Positions 1-11,342 of a stretch of 64,000 nt of DNA are shown here, one piece after another (within the stretch, counting starts at the first letter, position 1; each line of letters opens with the position of its first letter). The DNA lies in contig OZ361258.1 in NCBI GenBank assembly GCA_977018835.1, forward strand, positions 1,364,001-1,428,000. The letters run 5' to 3'. The DNA is from Minutocellus sp. GHC0000111. Its lineage: Eukaryota. A program made the position numbers and the translations under genes. Under the pieces are notes generated by a model. The model was not told the DNA's origin. It ran no database searches and was given only the letters and a program-made list of their open reading frames with translations.

Positions 1-918
1 CCCTCAGCGATCCATATTCGTTCCTCCAGGAGCCTCAGCATGTCTGGCCAGAAATATTCGGAACAAGAAAGGGTCATGAACAGATCTGGTGGCCCATTCC
101 CGGCCTCGATATGATGAGATATCCAGGTGTATAATTTGGCACGTTCGGCTCTCCAAAAAGAGTCAGATCCTCGTACTCTTTTACTGTAAAAAATGAGTTT
201 ACTGACGAAGGATGAGTCGCCGCTTTCGAGCTGTTCTTTGAGCTCGTCCAGTGATTTGGGTGGATCGTAAATGTGGGTATTCACGAAGTACTTCCCGTCG
301 TCATTGTTTCGGTGTCGCTGAGAATAATTATATGCAAAGAAGCACCAGAGCTTATCTCTCTGAAATCGTCCATCGGACTGTCGAAGAAGATGACGAGCCC
401 AGTTGGAGGCATCAATGTCTGCCTCGCGATCCATGTCTCGAAAATCCGCAACTCCTCCTGGAAACATTGACGGTAAGATTCAAGCTGCACTCGTTGCATG
501 CGGAGCATATTTCATGATGAATGTTCGTCATTCTTGACTCGAATCGAAATATCGGAACAAGTACTTTCTGTTCTGAATAAGAAGCGGATCGGAATGCCTC
601 TCGGTTGATAGAATAGCGGTCGTCTTTTTGAGTGAACTTGTGCAATTTTTGCCTAGCCGTGGCAATTAATGTCGTTGCTCGCCCTATTAATTCCTTGTAG
701 TTGGAATCTGACTTAGCGTAAAATGGATCACTGTCACCTAGGTCGACGTCTAGTTCAATAGATTCTTCCCATAATTTTTGGACATGAAGAGCGTCGTAGT
801 CCCTGAGACGGTCGTGGTAGGGAGGCTTCATGTCTATCCTAGGAAGCTTTTCTCTCTCGGCAGTCCGCTTCCTGGCACTCCTGATGTTTTGTAGTCGCCT
901 CTTTTCGCTTTTTGACAC
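1..918 (-). pseudogene. Helitron RepHel N-terminal region (Helitron_like_N), frameshifted at ~468, partial
   Basis: Frame not in the ORF track (open to the edge): MFPGGVADF...WARHLLRQSDGRFQRDKLWCFFAYN...VRGSDSFWRAERAKL...GPPDLFMTLSCSEYFWPDMLRLL. This matches the FPxG / HLL..DGRF / RGxxxYW / GxPxxFxTLSxxxxxWP motifs of RepHel. The 412..918 ORF carries CSACNEC and begins directly after a ttttag acceptor. Confidence 0.85.
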
Positions 919-1063
919 CTAAAAGGAACACAGTTGTAAATCGGCATCACATTTGTTCAGGTGAGTAATTGGTTGAGGCGACGCAATTCCGGGACAATGG
1001 CATTGGACACTATCATGGAATTAGTGCTTGATGATGCATATTAGTGGTTCACATTACAATTAC

Positions 1064-1737
1064 CTGGTTTTTCTTCCTCTTTAGGTTGCCGGAGCAAGGC
1101 ACGCAAATGCCACCGCGAAGATGAACGTTGACAGTGACGGTGGACCCATTGTGCATGCCTAATTGCCAAACTTTTGCATTGGAGTACTCTCGAGGAGCTT
1201 TGAACTGCACGATGTGTACATTTCACTTGCAGGTATCGGCAATTTTTCTGACACCAGGGTGACAATCATTTTGTGAAGAGACTTGGCAGTGTCATTAATG
1301 TAGACACAGGTTTGGGTAACAGACCCATCAGGACACTTGATGAATATCACCCATTTGTGGTTCTTCTGGTTCACCACATGGATTGTGCAACCGTCATGCA
1401 TGCCCAAGCAATGCAAGGGAACATCAATGTCGCAATGGTTGCCGCGGAAAAGGGAACCAATGCACCAACAGTCCTCGTCCCAGTCGTCGTCTTTGAGCTC
1501 ACCCTCAATTTCCTTGTAAGCAGCTTCCTCAATGATCCCCCACAGATTGACACCTTTGAGTTCTCGTGAAACTTCCAATTTCAGAACGCATGGCGGTGTC
1601 CGACACCTGTAAAATGGCTGGAGTTCTTTCTCTTTCCCAAAAGGGACTAGGCCTTCGCACGTGACGTGACGAGGAATTATGACATCAATGTCCCACATGG
1701 GCTTGAGCACAGCCTGGAGATCAGTCTTGATCCACAC
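1064..1737 (-). pseudogene. Tandem ubiquitin-like domains ending in LRGG (frameshift at ~1190), spliced to the RepHel exon
   Basis: ...LHCLGMHDGCTIHVV, then IFIKCPDG...DT..SL.....EKLPIPASEM....SKLLE /fs/ YSNAKVWQLGMHNGSTVTVNVHLRGG (LRGG at 1120-1109). Donor GT at 1063, acceptor AG at 920-919. Confidence 0.65.
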
Positions 1738-1739
1738 CT

Positions 1740-4248
1740 ACCTTGCAGGGTGACCTAAGGGTGGTTTTTGACCTCATTTTTTTGCAGTGCCTCTTGACAG
1801 GCCTCGCCTCACTGCGGCAGACAGACTTGCCATTGTCAGTGTTTCTGGCGGCACAAGTGACACCTGAAATGACTTCATCGGAACATCAAGCGGGATAAAC
1901 TTTAGTGCACACACCACATGGGGTCAGTGATGAGGGGCTCTCCTTTCACCACCACCTTGCCCTTGTTGTCTAAACTGGCACTTGGAGTCACTTCCAGAGC
2001 CCTAAACCCACAGATTCGCCTCCTGATCATCCCCACCAATTGAGACTGACCCTCCATCAAATTGGCTGAGCTGCACAATGCAAAAAGGGTGTAATCATTC
2101 CAATGTCTAGGGTGAGGAAGGTGCAGGGTTTCAGGGTCACTGCTAACCACCTGGCTCTCAAGAGATGACAACATGGGCCAGTGCAAGTTCATTCTGTCGA
2201 GGACGGTTGTTTCTGCTGCTTGAGCTGCAAGGTCTGGATGAAAAAAAAGACAGATGAAAGTTGTTGTTGGGCAAAAAAACAGTTAGACAAACCAGTTGGT
2301 TAATTCGGGTAATTGCGCGAAATCAATCAGTCAGTGAAAATGAAAGTTTGGGCTTTGGTTTGATCTCTCTATGTAGTTTGATTATTTTTATTGATGCAAA
2401 TTTTGATTTGAGCTTTTTTGTGAATTTTTTGATTTTTTGAGTTTTTTTGGCATTTTTTTGATGTTTTTGTTTTTTCTCGAAGTTTTTGATTTTGACTTGC
2501 TTGGATCAATGCCCTTTTTTTAATTTTCAAGACAGTTTAATGCAGCGCAGCAGAAAACAACAGAATGCAAACGAACTCATGTAGGTGCAAAAGACAAACC
2601 ACTGATCAGTCTTCCTGCTTGAACACACCTGCAGGGACTTGACCTTCGTTGTAGGCCACCTTGCTGCTCAAGAGAGGATCAGCAGCCCACTCATGAGGAG
2701 GAACACCAGAAGTCAGGTGCGCCATTGCCACCAGAATTTCCTTGTCCATGAGGGTGGTGTCCAAGGGAGAAGGGTTGACAACGTAAAGATCACAGTTCTT
2801 GAGGATTTGCCAGATGGAGTGTGTTTCTGGGGGGCCATTTCTCCCAAAGAGGTTCTCCCAGCGACCCCCATTGACGCAAATGTCAGTGTGTATGTCCTTG
2901 AAAATCTTTGAACCAACCACTTCATGGACCATCTGCACTAGACTGACAACTTCTTCCTCAGGGGGGCTGATCTTTTCAGACAGGTCAAGAGAGAACATGG
3001 TGGCATTAACTGGAAAGGCTGAACCACCCGTCTTCTTTGAGAAGGAAACCTTGCCAACGTCAGCCCCGTTGGGAATGTCACGCATGGTGACCTCAGAAAG
3101 ACTCTTGGCAAAGTCAGTCAGTGCAGCAAGGGGAGGGACCTCAATGAGTGCCTGAAGAGTGTCAATGACAGCATCGCTCTTAAAAGCACAGCAGAGGGGT
3201 TCCCGTGCCTGTCAGTGAGAGTGAAGGTCCCCACAACCTTGGCTCTGCCAGATGTCTTCACAATGACAGAAAGATGGAAGGAAAGCTTCCACTTGACAGG
3301 ACCAGCACTCTTAGCACTTTTGAACTTCTGAAGCAAGCGTTTTCTTGTCAACCTTGAGGTCCAAGTCATCCAGATTGAGGTGCTTTGACGGAGAGACTGA
3401 TGGGGACTGCGCAGTGCCACCGCCCCTTCCAGCAGCAGCAGCAGAACCAGAGTGAGCAGAAGGAGAGGAAGCCTTCCCCTCGCTAGTCGTCTTAGCAGCA
3501 CCACCAGCAATGCCACTGGCCTTAGGTGTTGATGGCTCTGGAGCAGTTTTCGCAATAATGACTTCTTCCTTGCCAATGCAGGGGACAAAGGTGCTAGCAC
3601 CAGAGAGTCGTGGACTGCCTTCAGGGCATCAGTCATGCTGTCGTGGACAACAACGGCCACACTGCCCCAGTCAGGGGACCCCCCTGCATGAGCCTCCAGA
3701 GCAAAGGCAGCAGCCAATGCATGAACCATGTCACAGCAGGCATCAACAGCAAACCTCTTGCACGGGGCATCAACAAGCAACACTGAAGACGCGACCAGGG
3801 TTGCTGGTGTCTCATGCAGCACCGCGGTGGGAATTTTCATTCCTGTGGTAAAAGCATGCAAATGTCATGTTGGCTGAAACTGCTTCTAGCCACACCATTT
3901 TCAAGAGCAATCTTCAGAGCAAGGTCCTTCTTGCTCAATCAAGGTGGAAGCACCAGAAACGCTGGGGACAGCAGCAGCAGGGGCGCAGCAACTTTCTTCT
4001 CAGCAGTGGTGACAACGGCATCAGCAGAAGCAGCAATCAATGTCAGAGCTTAGATCGACCTCGACAGCCCTCTTCTTGCCCTGAGGAGGGCTAGTTGGTT
4101 TGCTGCTGGTCACCTTTGCCTTCTTGGCAGCTGGCTTACCACCACCACCACCACCACCACCTCCACTGCCAGAGCAGCGGCGGCGGCAGAGCGGCAGAAG
4201 CTCGTGTAGACACACACGGCTGGGGGACTGAGATTTTGGGTCTGCCAT
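1740..4248 (-). pseudogene. Degraded coding sequence of unknown function, probably upstream Helitron exons or cargo
   Basis: Chain of broken minus-strand ORFs (4021-4248, 3118-3861, 2606-3085, 1902-2192), a T-rich non-coding tract at ~2240-2600, and CpG depletion. Confidence 0.45.
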
Positions 4249-4604
4249 TTTAGTTGATCGAATGTGATTAAATTAATTCGTTGCACTGGAGAAATGAAAG
4301 AATTGAATGAAATTTCATTGTTAGATGAAACGTACAAGTAGCTGCATGGCCATGGTGTTCCCCGCTTTCCACGAGAATTGATTTTCCGTATGACGTCATT
4401 TGCAATATTGGTGACATCATTTCGAAATGAAAATTCCATGAGAATGGACGATGCCATTTTGCAAGAATTCACGGTTTTAGATTTAACCATTGTTCTTCCT
4501 AATCTTCAATTACAACTATCCTCTTCAGTCCCAGATCCTTCATGCCGCTCTTGGTCGACTCCTAGAAGATACCAAATGGCAAACAATATACACGCATTCA
4601 TCCT

Positions 4605-5438
4605 GTGTCGATGCCACGATTTATTCGATTGGTTTTGGATGAAATGATTTGCTGTCTCGGAGGGAGACCCGCTACCAACCTCAATCCTATCTATGATTTT
4701 CGGGGCTCGACGGTGGAAATGGAGGCGATCACCCTTGCCAGTTTCCCTGTTGACAAAGAGGCAAGGTTGCTGACGTACGTGTTCATCATACAGGGTATCA
4801 ATGCAACGATTGCGAGTGGACGCGTCCAAGACGCATCCTATCTCCTTGACCCCATCGAGCATGGGATACATCCATCCTACGACGACTGCCAAACCCTGAA
4901 AAGGTTCTGTTGTAAAAGGTTTGACACGGACTCGTCGATCGGACCAAGTTCTGATTTATCGAGAGGACTGCTGGGTTGGTGGGGGTATAACTATGGTTTC
5001 ACACCCGCCGATGTCGAACACATCCTCTCCAATCCGCCGGCGCTTATGGTCGAGAAAGCGGATGATCTCAATAGTTTTATCTTTGCGGCGACGAAGAATC
5101 TCTTTGGTCCGGTCCTGCAGGAGCCGTTCCGGACGATTTTCAAGTTTGGTCCAGCGATGATTCGCGATGAAAAATTGATCCAGTTGCATAACAAGTGGGA
5201 GAAACAAGGCTTCGTGGGTTTGGCTCTTATGAATCAGATGACGGTGATTGCCAACTCCGTTGTCGATTCGAGTAGCAATGTCCGTCGTCCTCCTCGTGTG
5301 ACATCGCCAATGTTAATCCCCATTGAATTCGATGATTGTATCATGGTGAATGTAGTGGACGTGGAGAACTCAGAAAAGCACGCAGCAGATCGCCTAAGGC
5401 GAGACCATTGCCAACGTCAAGAGGTAAACAAGATTTGA
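4605..5438 (+). CDS. Hypothetical protein, possibly Helitron-associated
   Basis: 277-aa ORF with no recognised motif; start uncertain. Confidence 0.35.
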   Translation: MSMPRFIRLVLDEMICCLGGRPATNLNPIYDFRGSTVEMEAITLASFPVDKEARLLTYVFIIQGINATIASGRVQDASYLLDPIEHGIHPSYDDCQTLKRFCCKRFDTDSSIGPSSDLSRGLLGWWGYNYGFTPADVEHILSNPPALMVEKADDLNSFIFAATKNLFGPVLQEPFRTIFKFGPAMIRDEKLIQLHNKWEKQGFVGLALMNQMTVIANSVVDSSSNVRRPPRVTSPMLIPIEFDDCIMVNVVDVENSEKHAADRLRRDHCQRQEVNKI

Positions 5439-5594
5439 TGATTTAATGTTGCACTTTACTGTAGCCTCTCTCTCTATCTCTATCTCCCCCCCCTCTCTCT
5501 CTTTCTTTGGCCGAGTGATTTGTGCCCACTCGGCGGAGGTTTCATCACCACGATCCATAAACATCGCCAAATCGTGATCCATAAGTTTGTCACG

Positions 5595-6494
5595 CTACAA
5601 AGGCTGACCATAGTCATCGCCACCGACAAGAGATGAGCCATTGTACTCATCGCCACTCTGAAACAAATCACGGAGAAGAATAAACATGGGTGAGGATCGA
5701 GAAAACGTCTCGCTGTGGTCACGGTTCGCGAAGATGTCATGCATGATCCGATATTGGTGCGCCGGAGACCCAGAAGTTTCATGCCGATGCTGGGAGTGAA
5801 TAATGCCGCCAAACAATAAATTCGACCTGTGATACTCCATAATTACGCTCCGTAGCGAGGGGTGATCATACCGGCACAAAAAATGCAAGAAAGAGCTGCC
5901 GGGAGACATAATGCGAGGACCAAATGCATCAGACTTGTAATGACAGGAACGAACATAATCCATGAGACAAGGATCCATGAGGTACCGACGATATTTTGTG
6001 GAAGATACTAACTCCTGAGAAGCTGACCAATTGATCTCATCAGACCGACGCTCAACAACAATACCAAACCTCGACGGCATGAAAAAGATTGAAAATATTT
6101 CGCATAGTAATTGTCGTATAAAGAATAGATCCCTACAAACAACCGAAAGTTCCGAATTCTCAAGCATAGTCTTCATCGTTCGTTGACACTCCAGCTGGGA
6201 GCTCCATACCGATGAAAAGGGCAGAGATAGATGCGATGGGACATAGGTGCTCTCCAACCAAGAAAAGAATCTCACGCAGCAAGATTGACGGAGAAGAAAA
6301 GATAAGACATCGCCAACGTCGGGTAAGTCATCGTCGGCCTCTTCACGAACGAAACCCGCACACTTGGCCACAATCCGACGCGCCACCTCACGACCGACGT
6401 ACGAGTCACTGTCGATAGCCTCGTCAATATGAATCACGGATGATAAGCAGCGGAACCTCGACAAGTCAGGAACCGACGTGGGCGCATCAGACAT
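5595..6494 (-). CDS. Hypothetical protein, possibly Helitron-associated
   Basis: ~300-aa ORF from ATG 6494 with no recognised motif. Confidence 0.35.
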   Translation of the reverse strand: MSDAPTSVPDLSRFRCLSSVIHIDEAIDSDSYVGREVARRIVAKCAGFVREEADDDLPDVGDVLSFLLRQSCCVRFFSWLESTYVPSHLSLPFSSVWSSQLECQRTMKTMLENSELSVVCRDLFFIRQLLCEIFSIFFMPSRFGIVVERRSDEINWSASQELVSSTKYRRYLMDPCLMDYVRSCHYKSDAFGPRIMSPGSSFLHFLCRYDHPSLRSVIMEYHRSNLLFGGIIHSQHRHETSGSPAHQYRIMHDIFANRDHSETFSRSSPMFILLRDLFQSGDEYNGSSLVGGDDYGQPL

Positions 6495-7007
6495 GGCAAC
6501 AACAACTTGCGCCCGAAACGAGACACGGATCAAATCAATTAGCGCGAAGCGCCTCGCGCAGCGAGCAATAGATTGAAGAAAAAGAACGCAACCAGCACGA
6601 AGTGCACAAGCGCAGCGACAATAACGTGGAATACAAATCAGTACTCGCAGAGGCCGCCCGGGACATCTGTAAGCATCTATTCACAGATAACAGCAACAAT
6701 CGTGATACTCGTACACGCCTGTACTAGCTAGTACTACAGAACACGGAAGACAGAAGACATCAACACCAGATGGTCCCCCCTGGTGCCGCGCACATTCACC
6801 GCCACAACCACCCCCCGCGCGGGGCACCACTCGTCATTGAAAATGAGGCATGCAGTTGGTCTGTCCGTCGCCTTTCACCGGAGCCTCGCGAGCCGCCCGC
6901 GCCGCCAGCCAGCGCATAAAAGGGCGGCCAACGTACTACGTAGCTATCTAGTAGTACTAGTCTAGTACTACTCGATAAGCGCTCCGGGGGATTAATCCTA
7001 ATAAAAT

Positions 7008-9116
7008 ATGGTGCGTCAAGCCATGGCTCTTCGGTGTGGGCGGCTGGTCACCCAAGGCGCGGTTGCCGTTGGCAAAAGAATGAGGGGGGACGAGGCCTTA
7101 CTTTCGGCTTTATCGATCGACCAAAAAGCAACAGCATGGGCTGGAGGGATCTCGTCGACAGCCGCATACTATTCATCACCAAAGGGCACGAAAAGTGACT
7201 TGCAGCTAGGCCACAGTGGCTCTCTAAGGCAACTCTCCTCCAGTGCCGCCGCCAGTAATATAGGAGACGATGGTTTTGATCCGTTCGTCATTCATCGCAA
7301 TGCCATGGATGCCGACCGCGCGGATCGGATGGTCCGTGACCTGGTAGAAAGAAGGCTAGCCGGCGGAGCCAGCGTTACAGTCAGAAAAGACTTTCTCCAA
7401 GGTGTTGTTGACTCTTACAGAATACTAAGTGAAAGGGCCGCCGAGCGGGCGCGGATAGGGAAACGAAGACCGGACGTATCATTCGCGCAAAAGGCAGACG
7501 AATTGCTTGCATTTGTCGAACAAGCATGCGCCAAAGATCCCGCCCTATCCCCCGATACCAAGTCCTTCTCGATAGTCGTGGATGCATACGCCAAGATAGG
7601 CGACCCTGAACATGCAGAGGCGGTATTGATGCGATTGGAGAAGCTTTGGAAATCTGGAAACAAAAAGGTGAAGCCAAACACGATCCTCTACGGCGCAGTG
7701 CTCGATGCATGGGCCAAAAGTGGGAGGAAAGAGGCGCCGAAGAGGGCAACAGCAATATTGCAACACATGGAACAACTGAATCAGAAAGGTCACGAAGATG
7801 TTCGGCCTGATGTATTTTGCTACAGTGCATTTATCAACGCATGGGCCAAAAGTCGAGAAAAGGGAGCGGCTCAAAGAGCGGAGGCGATCCTAGATCATAT
7901 GCTGAAGCTACAGGAAGCTGGTCGAGAGGAATGCCGGCCAAATACTATATGCTTCAATTCTGTTATTGATGCATGGGCCAGGAGCAAAGATGCCGCTGCA
8001 CCAGAAAGAGCCGAGGCGCTTCTTGAGAAGATGGAAGAGCTGCACCGACAAGGAAATAAGGATGTTTGCCCCGATACAGTCAGCTACAACGTTGTCATCA
8101 ACGCATGGGCCAAGAGTCGGGAAGAAAGATCGGCTCAGAGAGCAGATGCGATACTGGATCATATGCTGAAACTGTATGATGAAGGTGGTCGAGAGGGCTG
8201 CCGTCCAGATACAGTAAGTTTCAATTCTGTAATTGACGCGTGGGCGAGAAGCAAAGATAGAAATGCGCCAAAACGAGCAGAGGCACTTCTCGAAAAGATG
8301 GAAGAGCTGTACCGACAAGGAAATAAAGATGTTTGCCCTAATACAGTCAGCTACAGCGCTGTCATCAACGCATGGGCAAAAAGCCGAGAAAAGGGGGCGG
8401 CCCAGAGGGCTGAGGCAATACTCAATCACATGCTCAAGCTACAGGAAGCTGGTCGAGAGGAATGTCTACCAAATACAGTAAGTTTCACTGCAGTTATTGA
8501 TGCTTGGGCCAAAAGTCGAGACAAGAATGCCTATACTCATGCTCAGAAGTTATTTCAGCAAATGCAATCGATAGGGAAAGCAGTGAAGCCTGATGTTTTA
8601 ATGTACACCTCTCTCATCAATACTCTCGCCGTAAGTTCCACGCCCGACAAGGCCACGAAGGCATTTGATATCTTGCTTGAAATAGAAAAGACAGCATATA
8701 AGGGAAACAGGGACGTAGCTCCAACAACTATAACCTTTGGCGCGGTGATGAAGGCCTGTGCTCGAACATCTGGGAACAATCAAGCGAAGCGAAAAGCTCT
8801 TCGAGTTGCTCTGGAAACTTTTGACAAGCTGCGAAAGTCGTCTCACCTGTCGAGTGCTAATCCAATGATGTATGATTCGCTCTTCATGACAATCGCCAAT
8901 GCCTCGAAAGAAAGCGAGTATGCCAAATTGGTCAGTCAGGTATTCAAATTTTGTTGTGAAGATGGGGTCCTCAACGATTGGATATTGCAAAACTTGCGTC
9001 GCAACTCTCCGAGGGATGTATTTGAGAATCTGATCGGCAGGCGGGGCAGTGGTGAAAGAGATGTATCGGTCGCGAATTTTCCACCAGAATGGAGTAGAAG
9101 CACAAAATCTCACTAA
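7008..9116 (+). CDS. Pentatricopeptide repeat (PPR) protein, likely mitochondrial
   Basis: About 10 repeats of type P(D/N)TxSYxxVINAWAKS...A..IL..M; Arg/Ser/Ala-rich N-terminal presequence. Confidence 0.9.
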   Translation: MVRQAMALRCGRLVTQGAVAVGKRMRGDEALLSALSIDQKATAWAGGISSTAAYYSSPKGTKSDLQLGHSGSLRQLSSSAAASNIGDDGFDPFVIHRNAMDADRADRMVRDLVERRLAGGASVTVRKDFLQGVVDSYRILSERAAERARIGKRRPDVSFAQKADELLAFVEQACAKDPALSPDTKSFSIVVDAYAKIGDPEHAEAVLMRLEKLWKSGNKKVKPNTILYGAVLDAWAKSGRKEAPKRATAILQHMEQLNQKGHEDVRPDVFCYSAFINAWAKSREKGAAQRAEAILDHMLKLQEAGREECRPNTICFNSVIDAWARSKDAAAPERAEALLEKMEELHRQGNKDVCPDTVSYNVVINAWAKSREERSAQRADAILDHMLKLYDEGGREGCRPDTVSFNSVIDAWARSKDRNAPKRAEALLEKMEELYRQGNKDVCPNTVSYSAVINAWAKSREKGAAQRAEAILNHMLKLQEAGREECLPNTVSFTAVIDAWAKSRDKNAYTHAQKLFQQMQSIGKAVKPDVLMYTSLINTLAVSSTPDKATKAFDILLEIEKTAYKGNRDVAPTTITFGAVMKACARTSGNNQAKRKALRVALETFDKLRKSSHLSSANPMMYDSLFMTIANASKESEYAKLVSQVFKFCCEDGVLNDWILQNLRRNSPRDVFENLIGRRGSGERDVSVANFPPEWSRSTKSH

Positions 9117-9422
9117 TGCTAAACTCTAGCTACGGAACATGTGTACAAGTAGATTTAGATCTACCGTACACCAATATTCAAATTTTGATGATGATGATGT
9201 CAATTGCTTGAACAAGCCCAACCACTCCCAAAATATCGTCTGGCTTCAATTTTCGTCCGTTTACCGGGTGTCACTCTGACCAACCAATCCAGATCGTCTG
9301 CCGCCACCGAGAGCCGCGCGCGCCGTGGTATCTTTTGACCTCACTTTTCTCACTTCGAGACAATGCACAAAGCCATTCATTTTGCCCAGCAATTAGATCG
9401 AATTCAATTTCAGTAACCAAAC

Positions 9423-11092
9423 ATGGGAAGCAAGGATGTAAGTTCAGCTGCTGCCATCTCCTCGCCCTCGTCGCCGAAAGCGACGCATATTGTGCCGGTT
9501 TCGTCCCGAATGAGGCACATGATAATTGTTCTTTGGCAACTTTCAATTCAACAATTCAATTCGATTGCTCACCACCAATTCCATTCTGATCGATTCGCAC
9601 CAATTGAATCTTTTACCCTGCCTCATATTGCCACCGAATCAAATAACAGAAGAAAGCCGCAAAGAAGGCCGCCAAGAAGGCCGCCGCCGAGGAGGCCCGC
9701 AAGGCTGCCGAAGAGGCCGCCCGCGAGGCCAAGGAATTGGCCGAGGCCGCCGCCAAGGCTGCCGCCGCCGACGATTCGGACGATGATTCTTCGGTCTCCA
9801 GCAGCAGCAGTTCGTCCAGCTCCTCCAGCTCTTCGGACAGCGACAGTGACTCCGAGGACGAGAAGCCCACCAAGAAGGAGGACAAGTCCAAGGCCAAGGC
9901 TGCCCCCGCCAAGAAGGACGACAGCAGTTCCGATTCTTCGGATTCCGACTCGTCCGACAGCGACAGCTCCGACGATGAAGACGACAAGCCCGCTGCCAAG
10001 AAGGAGGCTGCTGCCAAGAAGGACGACAGCTCTGATTCTTCGGACTCTTCTGATTCTTCCGACTCCGACAGTGATTCGGACGATGACGAGGATGACAAGA
10101 AGAAGGCCGATGCCAAGAAGGCTGACGCCAAGAAGGCCGACGATGGTTCCAGCTCTTCCTCCTCTTCGGATTCCGACAGCTCCAGTGACAGCGACTCGGA
10201 TTCGGATTCCGACGATGACACCAAGGACAGCGAGCTGCCCGATGCCGCTGAGGAGGAGTCCAAGAAGCGCAAGGCCGAGGCCGACGCCGATGATACCTTC
10301 GAGACCAAGAAGCAGGCCGTCGAGGACCCCGATGCCAATACCAAGCTGTACGTCCGTGGTTTGCCCTGGCGTGCCACTCAGGAGGAGGTCGAGGAGTTCT
10401 TCGCCCAGTGCGGCCAGGGACCCAAGTCCGTCGAGCTGCCCCTCCAGGACGACGGCCGTTCGTCGGGCACTGCCATCATCGACTTCCATTCCAACGAGGA
10501 TGCCGAGGCCGGCATTGCCCTGAATGGTGCCGACTTCAACGGACGTTGGTTGTCCATCAAGTACAGCTCTCCCAAGCCCATCAACGCCCCCCGCGAGCCC
10601 ACCCAGAAACAGGAGGGATGCCTCACCGTCTTCATCGGCAACCTGGCCTGGGACGTCGACGAGGACTCCATCCGCCAGACCTTTGCCGACTGCGGTACCA
10701 TCTCCCAGGTCCGCTTCGCCACCGACCGCGAGACCGGCGACTTCAAGGGCTTCGGACACATTGAGTTCGAGGAGACCGAGGCCACCGATGCCGCTGTCAA
10801 GCTGGCCGGTACCGACATCTGCGGCCGGGCCGTCCGTGTCGACTTTGCCAACGACCGTCGTCAGGGCGGCGGCGGAGGAGGCTTCGGAGGCGGACGCGGC
10901 GGTGGTCGTGGAGGCCGGGGATACATGGGCGGCGGAGGCGGCTTCGGAGGCGGCTTCGGAGGCGGCCGTGGCGGAGGTCGCGGTGGTGGCCGAGGAGGCG
11001 GACGCGGCGGTGGACGCGGTGGAGGAGGAGGCTTCGCCAAGCGAACCGGCGGCATCCAAGAATTCTCGGGCAACAAGATCACCTTCGATTAG
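9423..11092 (+). CDS. Nucleolin/NSR1-like nucleolar protein (exon 9423-9437, intron 9438-9649, exon 9650-11092)
   Basis: Acidic Ser/Asp tracts alternating with Lys/Ala tracts, two RRMs (KLYVRGLPW; TVFIGNLAW...KGFGHIEF), RGG/GAR tail ending GNKITFD; in-frame GTAAGT...AACAG intron. Confidence 0.92.
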
Positions 11093-11342
11093 ATTTCGTT
11101 TAGCTGTACCGGGGCCTCGTATTTTATGCTACCACCAATGAAGAACAGAAAAGAGAAACAAAAACGACTGTATGTTGAAAGAAATAAAATGAAATTAAAG
11201 TATGAACTTGTCTCACATTACTCTTTTATGGGTAACGTAATATGAGCTCTCTGTTTTTTCTTATCATCGCATGAAGAAAAAATTATACCATTCCTACTGC
11301 GTACGTAGCTAGATCGAGCAAATGGGATTGTTATTGACCACT

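Larger units (their letters stand above)
1..4248 (-). mobile_element. Decayed Helitron (rolling-circle transposon); runs off the left edge; right boundary unresolved (may extend to ~6.7 kb)
   Basis: The minus-strand translation of 467->1 gives Helitron Rep N-terminal motifs. Upstream exons are broken by stops and frameshifts, and part of the span is CpG-depleted. Confidence 0.7.

Noticed and set aside
9519..9590. Intronic box C/D snoRNA in nucleolin
   Set aside because: Box C is imperfect (ATGATAA) and no rRNA-complementary guide could be identified
9613..11059. Long antisense and alternative-frame ORFs over nucleolin (also 41214..42713 and similar)
   Set aside because: Shadow ORFs caused by strong GC3 codon bias of the real gene
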